A DNA stretch of 32,000 nt from Candidatus Paracaedimonas acanthamoebae (GTDB taxonomy: Bacteria > Pseudomonadota > Alphaproteobacteria > Caedimonadales > Caedimonadaceae), in the NCBI GenBank assembly GCA_000743035.1, contig CP008939.1:90001-122000 (forward strand). The letters are read 5' to 3'. Numbering within the stretch: position 1 is the first letter of the stretch; each line of letters opens with the position of its first letter. The translations under genes and the position numbers were made by a program. A model generated the notes under the pieces. It was not told where the DNA came from. It saw nothing but the letters and a program-made list of their open reading frames with translations, and ran no database searches. Below are positions 1 through 8,350 of the stretch, piece by piece.

Positions 1-518
1 GAAAGTTCATTCTCTTGGTCATCCAATATCTGAGGAACCCTCAACCGAAGAGAGGTGATCCCTTGAGGAATAACAATACCATACTCCGTTAAAAGCCCTC
101 TTATCTGATTAACAAGAGCTGTTCTTCCCTGGATAAGCCGTTGTCGATAACGATGCAAAGCTTGAATATCTTGCTGCTCGACGCTTTTAATAGAAACAAA
201 CCTCATGGTAGGTCTGCTCACAGCTTCACAAATTGCTTCTGCGTCTGCAGCATCATTCTTATTGGTCTTAATGTAAGGTTTTACATAGTGAGGATTCATC
301 AACCTTACTTCATGTCCATAAGACGTGAACTTTCTCGCCCAATAGTTTGATCCCCCACAGGCTTCCATTCCTATTAAACAGGGCGGTATGTTTGCAATAA
401 AATTAGAGAGCTGCTCTCGACTAATCCGCTTTTTTAATACCACTTTACCAAAGCAGTTAATCCCATGAAGCTGAAATACTCTCTTAGCAATATCAATCCC
501 TAAGATCTTAATTTCCAT
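1..518 (-). CDS. IS110-family (DEDD) transposase, N-terminal part; the gene continues beyond the window start
   Basis: Minus-strand frame is open from ATG 518-516 (AAGGAG at 532-527) to base 1, so it is absent from the ORF track. Translation MEIKILGIDIAKRVFQLHG...LIGMEACGGSNYW...KTNKNDAADAEAICEA shows the D, E, D, D blocks typical of IS110-family enzymes. Confidence 0.85.
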   Translation of the reverse strand, partial: MEIKILGIDIAKRVFQLHGINCFGKVVLKKRISREQLSNFIANIPPCLIGMEACGGSNYWARKFTSYGHEVRLMNPHYVKPYIKTNKNDAADAEAICEAVSRPTMRFVSIKSVEQQDIQALHRYRQRLIQGRTALVNQIRGLLTEYGIVIPQGITSLRLRVPQILDDQENEL

Positions 519-581
519 GATACGGTCTCCTTATTATGGTTAAGCCCTTTAAGCTTGCCTCATTATCAAGGCTAATTAAAG

Positions 582-1919
582 ATGCTCAGGCCATATCATC
601 AGGGCCATTTCTCCTGGGTTGAAGATTTAAAACCAATAACAGATAAAGGTCATATTAATGAGTTCGAATTTGATCTTATAGGAGAACTCCATACTTTACC
701 TTTAGAAAAATGGTCTCTCCTATCTCCTTATCCTGAAGAATCACCAGCGATGTATTATAAATTAAATAAAGCTAAAACCAAGTATCCTTCCTTAGAAGAC
801 GTTCAGCAAGTTTTAGTAGAAAAAATAAAAGAAGGAACTAATCTTAAAAAGATTATAGTTAGACCTTTTGATAGTAGGGATGAATCTTTAAGATCTTGGA
901 ATGCTTATAAAGGACTTTTATATGAGAAGGCAACTAAAGCTGGAACTTACATCTTAGTTGGAGGAACATGGTACTTAGTTGATGTAGGATGTATTAATAC
1001 TCTTGATAGAGACATCAATAAACTATTCCTCACTAATCCTCACCCTCTTCTTGATCGGCTTACCGCCCTCACACCGGGCGAAGCAGCTAAAGGCACAAGA
1101 GACAATCCTAATAAACGGGAACAAAAGTATAACATTAGAATGGCAGAGGAAAATCCTGAGCATTTCCTTTTAATGGATGCCAGGAATGCTTCCCTTGAGA
1201 AGGGAAATAGCAATGATGTAGTTGAAGTATGTGATCTCTTATCTCCTGAACGCTATTTAATCCATGTAAAAAACTGGACTGGATCAGGAACATTTAGCCA
1301 TCTATTAAATCAAGGGCTCAGCTCTGCCAATATGTTGTTGGACCCTTCTTACCGCAGAAAGGCTCAACATCAATTTATGCGCGCTGAGATCTTAGAATAC
1401 CTTCACCCTTCCTTCGAAGATCCTAGCCACAAAGAGGGTTTTGCAAGCAAGCTAAAAGTAATTTTCGACAATTCAGAAACTTCAGAAGAAGAAAAATTAA
1501 GCGCATCAATAAAACTCATTGAGGAGTATTTTGGGGCAGAAGTTATGGGTAGAAAAAAAATTGAAGAATTAAATGATATATTCACCAAAAAGAAGATCCA
1601 ATTTGAGAGAGGCTTGCCGCCTATAGATTTTAATCCCTCTCACCATACTATTGTCTATGCTTTTTTCCATAAAGATAATTACAAAACCCTTAACGAATAT
1701 TTGCCTATCTTTAGTCGCTTGGCCCTGAGAGAGATAAGTCATTGCCTCAAAAGCTTAGGATATACAAATATTCTTGTTAAGAAAATTGATTACCCAGCTT
1801 CTGAAAGCCAGAAAGGCAAAGGGAGGAAGACCAAAACCGCTCCCAAGAAATCAGCATCCTCAAGTAGCTCTACTTCCCAAGCAAGTTCGAGCAGCTCAAG
1901 TGCCAGAAGCCAGGGATAA
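582..1919 (+). CDS. Hypothetical protein with a PD-(D/E)xK-like nuclease motif; resembles the sporadically distributed TIGR04141/DUF6119 family; basic then Ser-rich C-terminal tail
   Basis: 445-codon ORF. The block LLMDARN...VVEVCDLLSPERYLIHVKNWTGSGTFSHLLNQGLSSANMLL (about nt 1176-1340) has D...E-x-C-D...H-V-K spacing. From memory it matches the conserved core of TIGR04141/DUF6119. Coding status is solid; the family call needs an HMM search. Confidence 0.6.
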   Translation: MLRPYHQGHFSWVEDLKPITDKGHINEFEFDLIGELHTLPLEKWSLLSPYPEESPAMYYKLNKAKTKYPSLEDVQQVLVEKIKEGTNLKKIIVRPFDSRDESLRSWNAYKGLLYEKATKAGTYILVGGTWYLVDVGCINTLDRDINKLFLTNPHPLLDRLTALTPGEAAKGTRDNPNKREQKYNIRMAEENPEHFLLMDARNASLEKGNSNDVVEVCDLLSPERYLIHVKNWTGSGTFSHLLNQGLSSANMLLDPSYRRKAQHQFMRAEILEYLHPSFEDPSHKEGFASKLKVIFDNSETSEEEKLSASIKLIEEYFGAEVMGRKKIEELNDIFTKKKIQFERGLPPIDFNPSHHTIVYAFFHKDNYKTLNEYLPIFSRLALREISHCLKSLGYTNILVKKIDYPASESQKGKGRKTKTAPKKSASSSSSTSQASSSSSSARSQG

Positions 1920-2130
1920 AAATATTCACTAGTATGGTGTATTGAACACTTTCTAAATACCGATATAAAGTTTTATAGAGACAGTAAGTTTGTTATAATT
2001 TATCACTTATTTTTTCTTCAAATAGCCTTGTCTTTAGAATTTGCTATTGGCTTTCCGACAAGCTTTCTTTTTTCTTCCTTTATGCCGTCTTTTCTCCCCA
2101 GCATTAAATCGTACCGCATGAGTCTCTAGA

Positions 2131-2274
2131 ATGCATACTTTAAAATCTCTAAAGAAAAGTGATGAAATATCTGTCAAAGAGATCTGTGAAATAGCAGGAA
2201 TAACGAGATCTTTATACTATCGGGCTCTTAAGCAAAGTGAAAACATTGAAAGCAAAGCAACCTTGCCTTTGTAA
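2131..2274 (+). pseudogene. Orphan 47-codon helix-turn-helix fragment (resolvase/transposase-type HTH)
   Basis: MHTLKSLKKSDEISVKEICEIAGITRSLYYRALKQ... resembles the short DNA-binding HTH of recombinases. No catalytic domain is attached. Confidence 0.25.
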
Positions 2275-2332
2275 GTCGCAGAATATAAGGACTTTTGAGG
2301 TATTTTTGTTTGCTTATGTCTTATTGTTACAC

Positions 2333-2428
2333 AGTATCTGGCTTAATACCAAAAAATGGTTTGAGAAGGGTGCTGCGCAAGGTCACACTCATACAAAAAA
2401 AGTTCTACAATTCATAAGAGAGAAATGA
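2333..2428 (+). pseudogene. C-terminal remnant of a Sel1-repeat protein
   Basis: The tail of ORF 2237-2428 reads SIWLNTKKWFEKGAAQGHTHTKKVLQFI, which fits the Sel1 consensus (W-F/Y-x-K-A-A-x-Q-G-H). The upstream part of the ORF is not Sel1-like. Confidence 0.3.
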
Positions 2429-2499
2429 AATTAATAAAAAATGTTATATTTAATGTATTGGCGTAATTTTGATCAATAAGGGGTGGGAAATATATAAAA

Positions 2500-3999
2500 A
2501 TGGGTTTTAATTATGAAAGTATAAAATATCAATGGGACCCGTTTAAAAACAGTGAACCATTTCCTAGTGATCCCCATAAAAATAAGCATATTATTGGAAA
2601 ATGGCGATGTGAAAAAGGGCATTTTTGGTACGAAACTATAGAAGACAGAGCTTATTATCAAATTTGTCATATGTGTCATTCACACAAAAAAGCAACAGAA
2701 ACATACAATCTTTTTTATCTTAGGCCTGATATTACTGCCATTTGGCATCCAACTAAGAATAAAGGGTTAATACCCGAAGATTTTACTCCAGGAAGTGGGG
2801 TAAAGGTGTGGTGGCTTTGTGAAAAGGAACATGAATGGGATGCAATAATTTTTAATATTACTCAAGGGCATGGATGTCCTGAATGTACTAATCGAAGAGT
2901 TGGCAAAGATAATAATCTTGCAGTACTATATCCCGAGCTTGCTAAGCAGCTACATCCAACATTAAATGGGATTTTAACTGCCTATGATCTTCTTCCTGGA
3001 AGCAATAAAAGAGTATGGTGGTTCTGTGAGAAAGAACACGAATGGGAAACAAATGTTAAAAGTAGAGCTTTAATGGGATGCAATTGCCCAAAATGCAACA
3101 ACATAAATATTATCAGGCCACATATTGAAAAGTACAAGAAAAACACATTTAATGAAACTAGAATCGGTCTAGCAAAACATTTGTTAAAAGAATGGCACCC
3201 TACAAAAAATGGTTTGTTAAATCCATTAACTTTAGCTGCAGGAAGTGGGGTAAAGGTGTGGTGGCTTTGTGAAAAGAAACACGAATGGGATGCAAGAGTA
3301 TATATTAGATCTCAAGGTCATGGATGTCCTGAATGCTCTAATCAGAAGATTGGAAAAGATAATAACCTTGCAGCTTTATATCCCGATATTGCTAAGGAAT
3401 TACACCCTACTTTAAACGGAAGCATAACAGCTCACGACATATTACCTGGAAGCAATAAAAAATACATTTGGGAATGTCAATTTAAAAAACATATATGGCA
3501 AGCCCGAGTAATTGTTCGAACACTCAGGGGTCAGGGGTGTCCTGAATGTGGTAATAAAAAAGTAGGTAAAGATAATAATCTTGCCGTACTACATCCTACC
3601 ATAGCTAAGCAACTCCATCCCATTCTAAATGGGAACTTAACAGCTTATGATCTTCTCCCTGGGAGCCATAAAAAAGTATGGTGGTTCTGTGAAAAGAATC
3701 ATGAATGGGAAACTAAAGTATATTTAAGAGTGAAGGGGTCCGGGTGTCATGAATGTTTAAATATGAAGGCTGGTAAAGATAATAACCTTGCAGTTTTAAG
3801 ATCAGATTTACTTATGGAGTGGCATCAAGAAAAAAATGGAAGTCTAACACCACGTGATGTAACACCTGGGAGCCATAAAATAGTTAATTGGAAATGTCAT
3901 AAAGCAGGTCATGAATGGAAAGCAGAAGTGCGACATAGGGCAATAAGAAATTATGGCTGTGCTAAGTGTTATTCAGAAAGAAGAAAAAGAAGAGTATAA
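2500..3999 (+). CDS. Multi-zinc-ribbon protein: seven tandem zinc-ribbon modules (DUF4379/PF14311-like), no enzymatic domain
   Basis: 499-codon ORF with seven units of W-x-C-x-K-x-H-x-W ... G-C-P-E-C. The units are joined by NNLA-x-L-x-P-x-(I/L)A-x-x-(W/L)HPT-x-NG...PGS linkers. Confidence 0.85.
   Translation: MGFNYESIKYQWDPFKNSEPFPSDPHKNKHIIGKWRCEKGHFWYETIEDRAYYQICHMCHSHKKATETYNLFYLRPDITAIWHPTKNKGLIPEDFTPGSGVKVWWLCEKEHEWDAIIFNITQGHGCPECTNRRVGKDNNLAVLYPELAKQLHPTLNGILTAYDLLPGSNKRVWWFCEKEHEWETNVKSRALMGCNCPKCNNINIIRPHIEKYKKNTFNETRIGLAKHLLKEWHPTKNGLLNPLTLAAGSGVKVWWLCEKKHEWDARVYIRSQGHGCPECSNQKIGKDNNLAALYPDIAKELHPTLNGSITAHDILPGSNKKYIWECQFKKHIWQARVIVRTLRGQGCPECGNKKVGKDNNLAVLHPTIAKQLHPILNGNLTAYDLLPGSHKKVWWFCEKNHEWETKVYLRVKGSGCHECLNMKAGKDNNLAVLRSDLLMEWHQEKNGSLTPRDVTPGSHKIVNWKCHKAGHEWKAEVRHRAIRNYGCAKCYSERRKRRV
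2791..3276 (+). repeat. Intragenic direct repeat inside the zinc-ribbon gene
   Basis: GGAAGTGGGGTAAAGGTGTGGTGGCTTTGTGAAAAG at 2791-2826 is repeated exactly at 3241-3276 (450 bp = 150 codons apart). Modules 3 and 6 are also near-identical at the DNA level. Confidence 0.9.
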
Positions 4000-4154
4000 A
4001 GCACTTAAAAAATAATCAGCTCATTAAAATTTTCATACCTATTATGCATTAATAATATTTGATATTTGAACGACAATCATTTATGACTATATGGAAGTGG
4101 GGAGAGACTCAACGAAAAAAAGGATAACAGCCATGTCTCTTCAACTTTTAAAAA

Positions 4155-4559
4155 ATGTACCATCATCTTCTACCTATAAGCCATTATTTTTTTATTGATA
4201 AAATAACTGCAGGCTTTCCGTCGCCAGCATCGGATTATCTGGAGAGTTCTTTAGATTTAAATGAGTATTTGATTACAAACCCAGTCGCCACGTTTTTCTT
4301 AAGAGCAACAACTGATGCCATGAGAGAGTCTGGGATATTTTCAGGTGATATGCTGATTGTTGACCGAAGTCTCAAGCCAAAGTCGAATGATATAGTCGTT
4401 GTCGAGCTCGAAGGTGATCTTTCAGTAAGGCGTTATGAAAGATTGGGTAAGAAAATTACTCTTTCAACAGATAGCCCTTACATTGAACCTATTTATTTAA
4501 GCACTGTTTTTGATTTTACCATTTGGGGAGTGGTTAAGGCTGCAATACATACATTATGA
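4155..4559 (+). CDS. umuD: UmuD-like S24 (LexA-type) fold protein with substituted catalytic dyad; N-terminus possibly frameshifted
   Basis: [57 protein letters not shown]...LSVRRY aligns with E. coli UmuD (VQCGFPSPAADY...[23 protein letters not shown]...FTVKKL). The stop overlaps the umuC start (ATGA at 4556-4559). Confidence 0.8.
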   Translation: MYHHLLPISHYFFIDKITAGFPSPASDYLESSLDLNEYLITNPVATFFLRATTDAMRESGIFSGDMLIVDRSLKPKSNDIVVVELEGDLSVRRYERLGKKITLSTDSPYIEPIYLSTVFDFTIWGVVKAAIHTL

Positions 4560-5809
4560 GCAAGAAAATAGCTCTTTTAGATTGCAACAATTTTTACGTT
4601 TCTTGTGAGCGTGTGTTTCGCCCTGACCTCAAAGGTAAACCTGTTGTTGTGCTTTCAAATAATGATGGGTGTGCCATTGCACGGTCTAATGAAGCAAAGG
4701 ACCTTGGTATTAAAATGGGCGAGCCTTATTTTAAATTTAAAGCCATTGCTCAAAAATTTGACGTTAAAATATTTTCCTCTAACTTTGCTCTTTATGGGGA
4801 TATATCTAATAGAGTCATGAAGCTTCTTCAAAGGATGGTTCCGCATATTGAGGTTTATTCAATTGATGAAGCGTTTTTAGATTTGACGCTTGTTCCTGAC
4901 AAAGAAATGGAAAAGTTTTGCTTTAAAATAAGGGAAGAAGTCCTACATTGTACGGGGATTCCTACATCAATTGGTATCTCTTATACGAAGACTCTTGCAA
5001 AGGTTGCTAATCATTACTCTAAGAAGAGCAGGGGCGTACTTGCACTTTTAAACCAAGAAGAGATTAGTTCCTTTCTTGCAAGGTTTCCAATTACGGATGT
5101 CTGGGGGATTGGGTACAATTATGCCAAATACCTTCTTTCTCATAATATAGATACGGCACTCAAATTGAAACAAGCCCCTCCTAAATGGATCAGGCAAAAG
5201 ATGGGGGTGGTAGGCGAGAGAATAGTCACAGAACTTAATGGTCATATCTCTTATGAATTAGAAGAAGAGAGTGATGCTAAGAAGATGATTACAGTTTCTC
5301 TTTCCTTTAAAGAGCCTAAAACAGAATATGAAGAGATAGAAAGCACCATCTCAGCTTTCATAGAAAGAGCGGCAGAAAAACTAAGAGGTGAGGGAAGAGT
5401 CACTTCTCAAGTTTTAGTATTTATTAAAACTAATCGTTTTTCAGAAGAAGATTATTATTCCAACTCTCATCTTATCCATTTAGACATTGCAACAGATTAT
5501 ACCCCCGCTCTTTTAAAAGCTGGGAAGAAAGGTTTAAAGAAAATATTTAGGGATGGATTCCATTATAAGAAAGCAGGCGTTTGCTTAATAGGATTGGTGG
5601 ATAAAGAACAAGTCCAATATTCTCTTTTTACGCGTCCATCACCTAAGCATGAGATCCTCATGCAAACGATTGATCACCTTAACAAGAAATACGGCAAGAG
5701 AGCTGTAAGCTATGCAGCTGTCGGACAGAAAGCTTTAACATTAACATCTAGAGAACATCTCTCCTCAAAATATACAACTTCTTGGAATGAGCTTGCGACA
5801 GTAAAATGA
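4556..5809 (+). CDS. umuC: UmuC, Y-family translesion DNA polymerase (Pol V catalytic subunit type)
   Basis: [55 protein letters not shown] and [10 protein letters not shown] match the UmuC N-terminal and catalytic D/E motifs. 417 codons, translationally coupled to umuD. Confidence 0.92.
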   Translation: MSKKIALLDCNNFYVSCERVFRPDLKGKPVVVLSNNDGCAIARSNEAKDLGIKMGEPYFKFKAIAQKFDVKIFSSNFALYGDISNRVMKLLQRMVPHIEVYSIDEAFLDLTLVPDKEMEKFCFKIREEVLHCTGIPTSIGISYTKTLAKVANHYSKKSRGVLALLNQEEISSFLARFPITDVWGIGYNYAKYLLSHNIDTALKLKQAPPKWIRQKMGVVGERIVTELNGHISYELEEESDAKKMITVSLSFKEPKTEYEEIESTISAFIERAAEKLRGEGRVTSQVLVFIKTNRFSEEDYYSNSHLIHLDIATDYTPALLKAGKKGLKKIFRDGFHYKKAGVCLIGLVDKEQVQYSLFTRPSPKHEILMQTIDHLNKKYGKRAVSYAAVGQKALTLTSREHLSSKYTTSWNELATVK

Positions 5810-5964
5810 TCTAAACAGCTTTAATAAATTAGGATCATTGTTCCTAAGCGTATTCACATACTGGCTTACCAGCATAAAGGATATTTTTTCGCCTATGTTT
5901 AATATAAATTGAAAAAATGTGGGTTAAGCCTAGGTAAGTTTTTTAGTAAGGGCAAGAGATAATC

Positions 5965-6048
5965 TTAGGCAATCATTATATCAATATCTTTTTCTGGTAG
6001 CAGTTTATGCCCCTCAAAAACGGTAAGAATAACAATACTACTGTCAAA
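5965..6048 (-). pseudogene. parE: 3' fragment of a ParE/RelE-family toxin gene, separated from its 5' part by the IS3 element
   Basis: The minus strand reads FDSSIVILTVFEGHKLLPEKDIDIMIA-stop, the typical C-terminal strand and tail of ParE/RelE toxins. It abuts the left end of the IS at 6049. Confidence 0.6.
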
Positions 6049-6104
6049 TGACCTTCCCCCCTATAATAGCTCCAGTTTTTAGTTAGTATAGCGAGATTGA
6101 TTGA

Positions 6105-6395
6105 ATGGAGGAGGCTATTATGAAGAAGAGCTATGGAGCGGAGCAAATTATAGGGTTATTACGCCAGAGTGATGTTTTGTTATCTCAAGGCAAGAGTATC
6201 ATTGAGGTGTGTCGTCAATTAGGGATCTCGGATGCAACTTATTATAAATGGCGTAAGGTTTATGGGGGCTTGAAGGTTAATCAAGCAAGAAGGCTTAAGG
6301 AGCTTGAGCGAGAGAATGCTCGGTTAAAAAGAGCTGTTGCCGATCTTACTTTGGATAAGCTTATATTGAAAGAAGCTGCAGAGGGAAACTTTTAA
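6105..6395 (+). CDS. IS3-family transposase OrfA (HTH plus leucine zipper)
   Basis: ...[42 protein letters not shown]...[35 protein letters not shown]-stop. The likely true start is the MKKSYG methionine at 6120. Confidence 0.9.
   Translation: MEEAIMKKSYGAEQIIGLLRQSDVLLSQGKSIIEVCRQLGISDATYYKWRKVYGGLKVNQARRLKELERENARLKRAVADLTLDKLILKEAAEGNF
6383..6389 (+). promoter_or_regulatory. Candidate -1 programmed ribosomal frameshift heptamer G GGA AAC joining OrfA to OrfB
   Basis: In the orfA frame the codons are GAG GGA AAC TTT TAA, an X XXY YYZ pattern. After a -1 slip the reading is [31 protein letters not shown], continuous with OrfB (6428 is in the -1 frame relative to 6105). Confidence 0.55.
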
Positions 6396-6427
6396 GCACC
6401 GAGCGACAGCGGCAATGTGCCATTAAG

Positions 6428-7309
6428 ATGCAACAGAAGTTTGGGATCTCCCAAAGGCGTGTCTGTGAGGTTTTGGAGATTCATCGTTCGGTGCTGAGAT
6501 ATTGCTCTAAACAAGAAGATGATGAGGAAGCGTTAAGAGCAGCTATTATTAGGTTAACAACTCGTTATGGAAGATATGGTTATCGTCGGATTCATGCTCT
6601 GCTTAAAATAGAAGGCTGGCATATCAATCATAAGAGGGTTGAACGTATTTGGCGAGAAGAAGGTCTTAAAGTACCACAAAGACAGTCCAAAAAAGGAAGA
6701 CTCTATCTTAATGATGGTTCTTGTTTGAGGTTAAAACCTTGCTGGCCGAATCATGTTTGGAGTTATGATTTTGTGGCGGAACGCCTTGCAAATGGCAAAA
6801 AGATCCGACTTCTCACAGTCATAGATGAATATACAAGGAAATGTTTAGCTATCAGGGTTGGGTATCACTTAACATCAAATGATATTCTCGATATCTTAAG
6901 TGATTTATTTATTCAAGAAGGGATCCCTGAGCATATTCGCTCCGATAATGGCAGTGAGTTTAAAGCCCAAATTCTTAAAGAGTGGCTCAAGAGCTTAAAT
7001 GTTAAGACAGCTTACATAGAGCCAGGTTCACCTTGGGAGAATGGCTACAATGAAAGCTTTAATGGAAAATTGAGAGATGAACTTCTCAATGGAGAAGTAT
7101 TTTATAGTCTAAAAGAAGCTCAAGTGCTTATAGAAGAATGGCGGCAGCATTATAATCATATAAGACCTCACTCATCATTAGGATATAAACCTCCAGCTCC
7201 TCTTGCCCGCATCCGCTCTTCAAATACACAAACACAAAACCAAAAGATTCATACCTATAATAATGGAGGAAATACTAACCAAAATACAAACTTAAATCTG
7301 GATCTTTAA
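6428..7309 (+). CDS. IS3-family transposase OrfB (DDE/rve integrase core), normally made as an OrfAB fusion
   Basis: [68 protein letters not shown] and [17 protein letters not shown] are classical IS3-family DDE blocks. Confidence 0.9.
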   Translation: MQQKFGISQRRVCEVLEIHRSVLRYCSKQEDDEEALRAAIIRLTTRYGRYGYRRIHALLKIEGWHINHKRVERIWREEGLKVPQRQSKKGRLYLNDGSCLRLKPCWPNHVWSYDFVAERLANGKKIRLLTVIDEYTRKCLAIRVGYHLTSNDILDILSDLFIQEGIPEHIRSDNGSEFKAQILKEWLKSLNVKTAYIEPGSPWENGYNESFNGKLRDELLNGEVFYSLKEAQVLIEEWRQHYNHIRPHSSLGYKPPAPLARIRSSNTQTQNQKIHTYNNGGNTNQNTNLNLDL

Positions 7310-7323
7310 TCGGGGGCTGGACA

Positions 7324-7535
7324 ATACGATAATTTCCTTCAATCAACTCTCTTAATTCTATTCTACTCAAATCCGGCACTATCCGCCCCATAGAAGGAAA
7401 ATCTTCTAATGCTTTAGCTCGTTCGATAATAGAACTTATCAAATTTTCTGCAATTAAAGATGAAGATCTTTGAGCTATAAAATCTTGAATCCCTTCAAGT
7501 CTTTCAAGAGCTTGTTTCGTCCATATAAGATTCAT
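7324..7535 (-). pseudogene. parE: 5' part of the ParE/RelE-family toxin gene truncated by the IS3 insertion
   Basis: MNLIWTKQALERLEGIQDFIAQRSSSLIAENLISSIIERAKALEDFPSMGRIVPDLSRIELRELIEGNYRIV. The frame then runs into the IS end ([14 protein letters not shown] is IS-derived). The start overlaps the antitoxin stop (ATGA at 7535-7532). Confidence 0.7.
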
Positions 7536-7813
7536 TTTTTAAGGGCTTTTACCAATTTCTCTTTAACTTGAGTTGTTGTATAAGTTAAGCCTTCTTCAGC
7601 ATCCTTAAGACCTTTTTCAATGGAATGATAAAAGCGTTCTCTATATTGAAGCGCATCATAATCGTGGGGTGATAAAAGAACACCAACTGATTTCCCATTT
7701 TGTGTCAGAACTACAGGGTGCCCAGTATCTTTAACATGGTTAAGCCAGTGTGATACTTGGCTTCTAAATTCAGTAACTGGAACAATATCTTGAGAGAGGT
7801 CTATATTCTTCAT
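7532..7813 (-). CDS. Phd/YefM-family antitoxin
   Basis: MKNIDLSQDIVPVTEFRSQVSHWLNHVKDTGHPVVLTQNGKSVGVLLSPHDYDAL is the Phd/YefM N-terminal fold signature. AAGGAG RBS upstream. The gene lies upstream of, and overlaps, the toxin gene. Confidence 0.85.
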   Translation of the reverse strand: MKNIDLSQDIVPVTEFRSQVSHWLNHVKDTGHPVVLTQNGKSVGVLLSPHDYDALQYRERFYHSIEKGLKDAEEGLTYTTTQVKEKLVKALKK

Positions 7814-7834
7814 TTATAATCTCCTTATAAGATC

Positions 7835-7880
7835 ATTATAGACAATATTACGTACGTTTGAAAGTACAATTTAAGTACAA
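7835..7880 (-). promoter_or_regulatory. Putative promoter/operator of the phd-parE operon
   Basis: On the minus strand there is a TATAAT (7840-7835) about 20 nt upstream of the RBS. It is preceded by a direct repeat TTGTACTT x2 (7880-7873 and 7869-7862, 11-bp period) and a TACGTA palindrome. GTAC-core repeats are known operators for YefM-type antitoxins. Confidence 0.3.
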
Positions 7881-7916
7881 ACATATATATATAAATAAAA
7901 CCTGTTGGCCCCTAAA

Positions 7917-8150
7917 TTATTCTTGAAGCTTTCTTTGTTTTTTAGTCTTTATAAGTTGAGGAGTTTTATCAAGCTTGTCTTGAGCAAAATCTTTTTGCTT
8001 TTGGGTGATTTCTTTAACTTGGTGGCCCTTTAAATTATATCTATGAGTACCATTAATAAGAGTTTTCAGATCATCAAGATTGTTGGTGTAATAGGAGAGA
8101 ACGTCTCGCAAAGACGCTGATGTAAAAACTTTTAAATTTATCCAAATTTT
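7917..8150 (-). pseudogene. C-terminal remnant of a ProQ/FinO-domain protein, paralogue of 22517-23008
   Basis: KIWINLKVFTSASLRDVLSYYTNNLDDLKTLINGTHRYNLKGHQVKEITQKQKDFAQDKL aligns with LKLNINKD...SKIKLRLALKYYTHNLDYLKALINGVYRYDLKGQQVEEITQEQKTFSQGKL of the intact copy. The N-terminal half is missing. Confidence 0.6.
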
Positions 8151-8158
8151 TTAGAAAC

Positions 8159-8312
8159 GAGGAAATGATGTTAGAACGCGTCGTTGAAGTTGAGCATGTA
8201 GCTCCTTATCGCTAGATAGTCAATATGGAACTTAAGAAGAGGATCAGGTGGTATTGGAAGCCAAGACCAGGATATAGCTGGAGAATTGATGAAAATTATG
8301 TGAAGCTATAGA
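8159..8312 (+). pseudogene. Internal remnant of an IS6-family transposase gene
   Basis: EEMMLERVVEVEH...(stop/deletion)...ELKKRIRWYWKPRPGYSWRIDENYVKL matches LEEMMEERGITVDH...EIEKRLRWYWKPGLGYSWRVDETYVKV of the intact IS6 transposase at 21362-22075. Confidence 0.6.
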
Positions 8313-8350
8313 CTTTATTTAAGTACAAATTGTTGCACTTATCTTTAAAA

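Larger units (their letters stand above)
6049..7323 (+). mobile_element. Intact IS3-family insertion sequence, about 1.27 kb
   Basis: Imperfect terminal inverted repeats: TGACCTTCCCCCC... at 6049 and the reverse complement of the right end, TGTCCAGCCCCCG..., ending at 7323. orfA and orfB are arranged in 0/-1 frames. The element interrupts parE. Confidence 0.85.

Noticed and set aside
141-350. 69-codon plus-strand ORF from the track
   Set aside because: It lies entirely antisense to the well-supported IS110 transposase frame (1-518, minus) and has no recognisable motif. It is treated as a shadow ORF.
2500-3999. Regularly spaced DNA repeats that could be mistaken for a CRISPR-like array
   Set aside because: The repeats are in frame, lie inside one long ORF and encode the zinc-ribbon modules. 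The spacers are homologous to each other, and no short palindromic repeat unit is present.
4000-4154. Search for a LexA/SOS box upstream of umuD
   Set aside because: No CTGT-N8-ACAG-type palindrome or other convincing inverted repeat was visible by eye. This is absence of evidence only, since the relevant repressor motif for this lineage is unknown to me.
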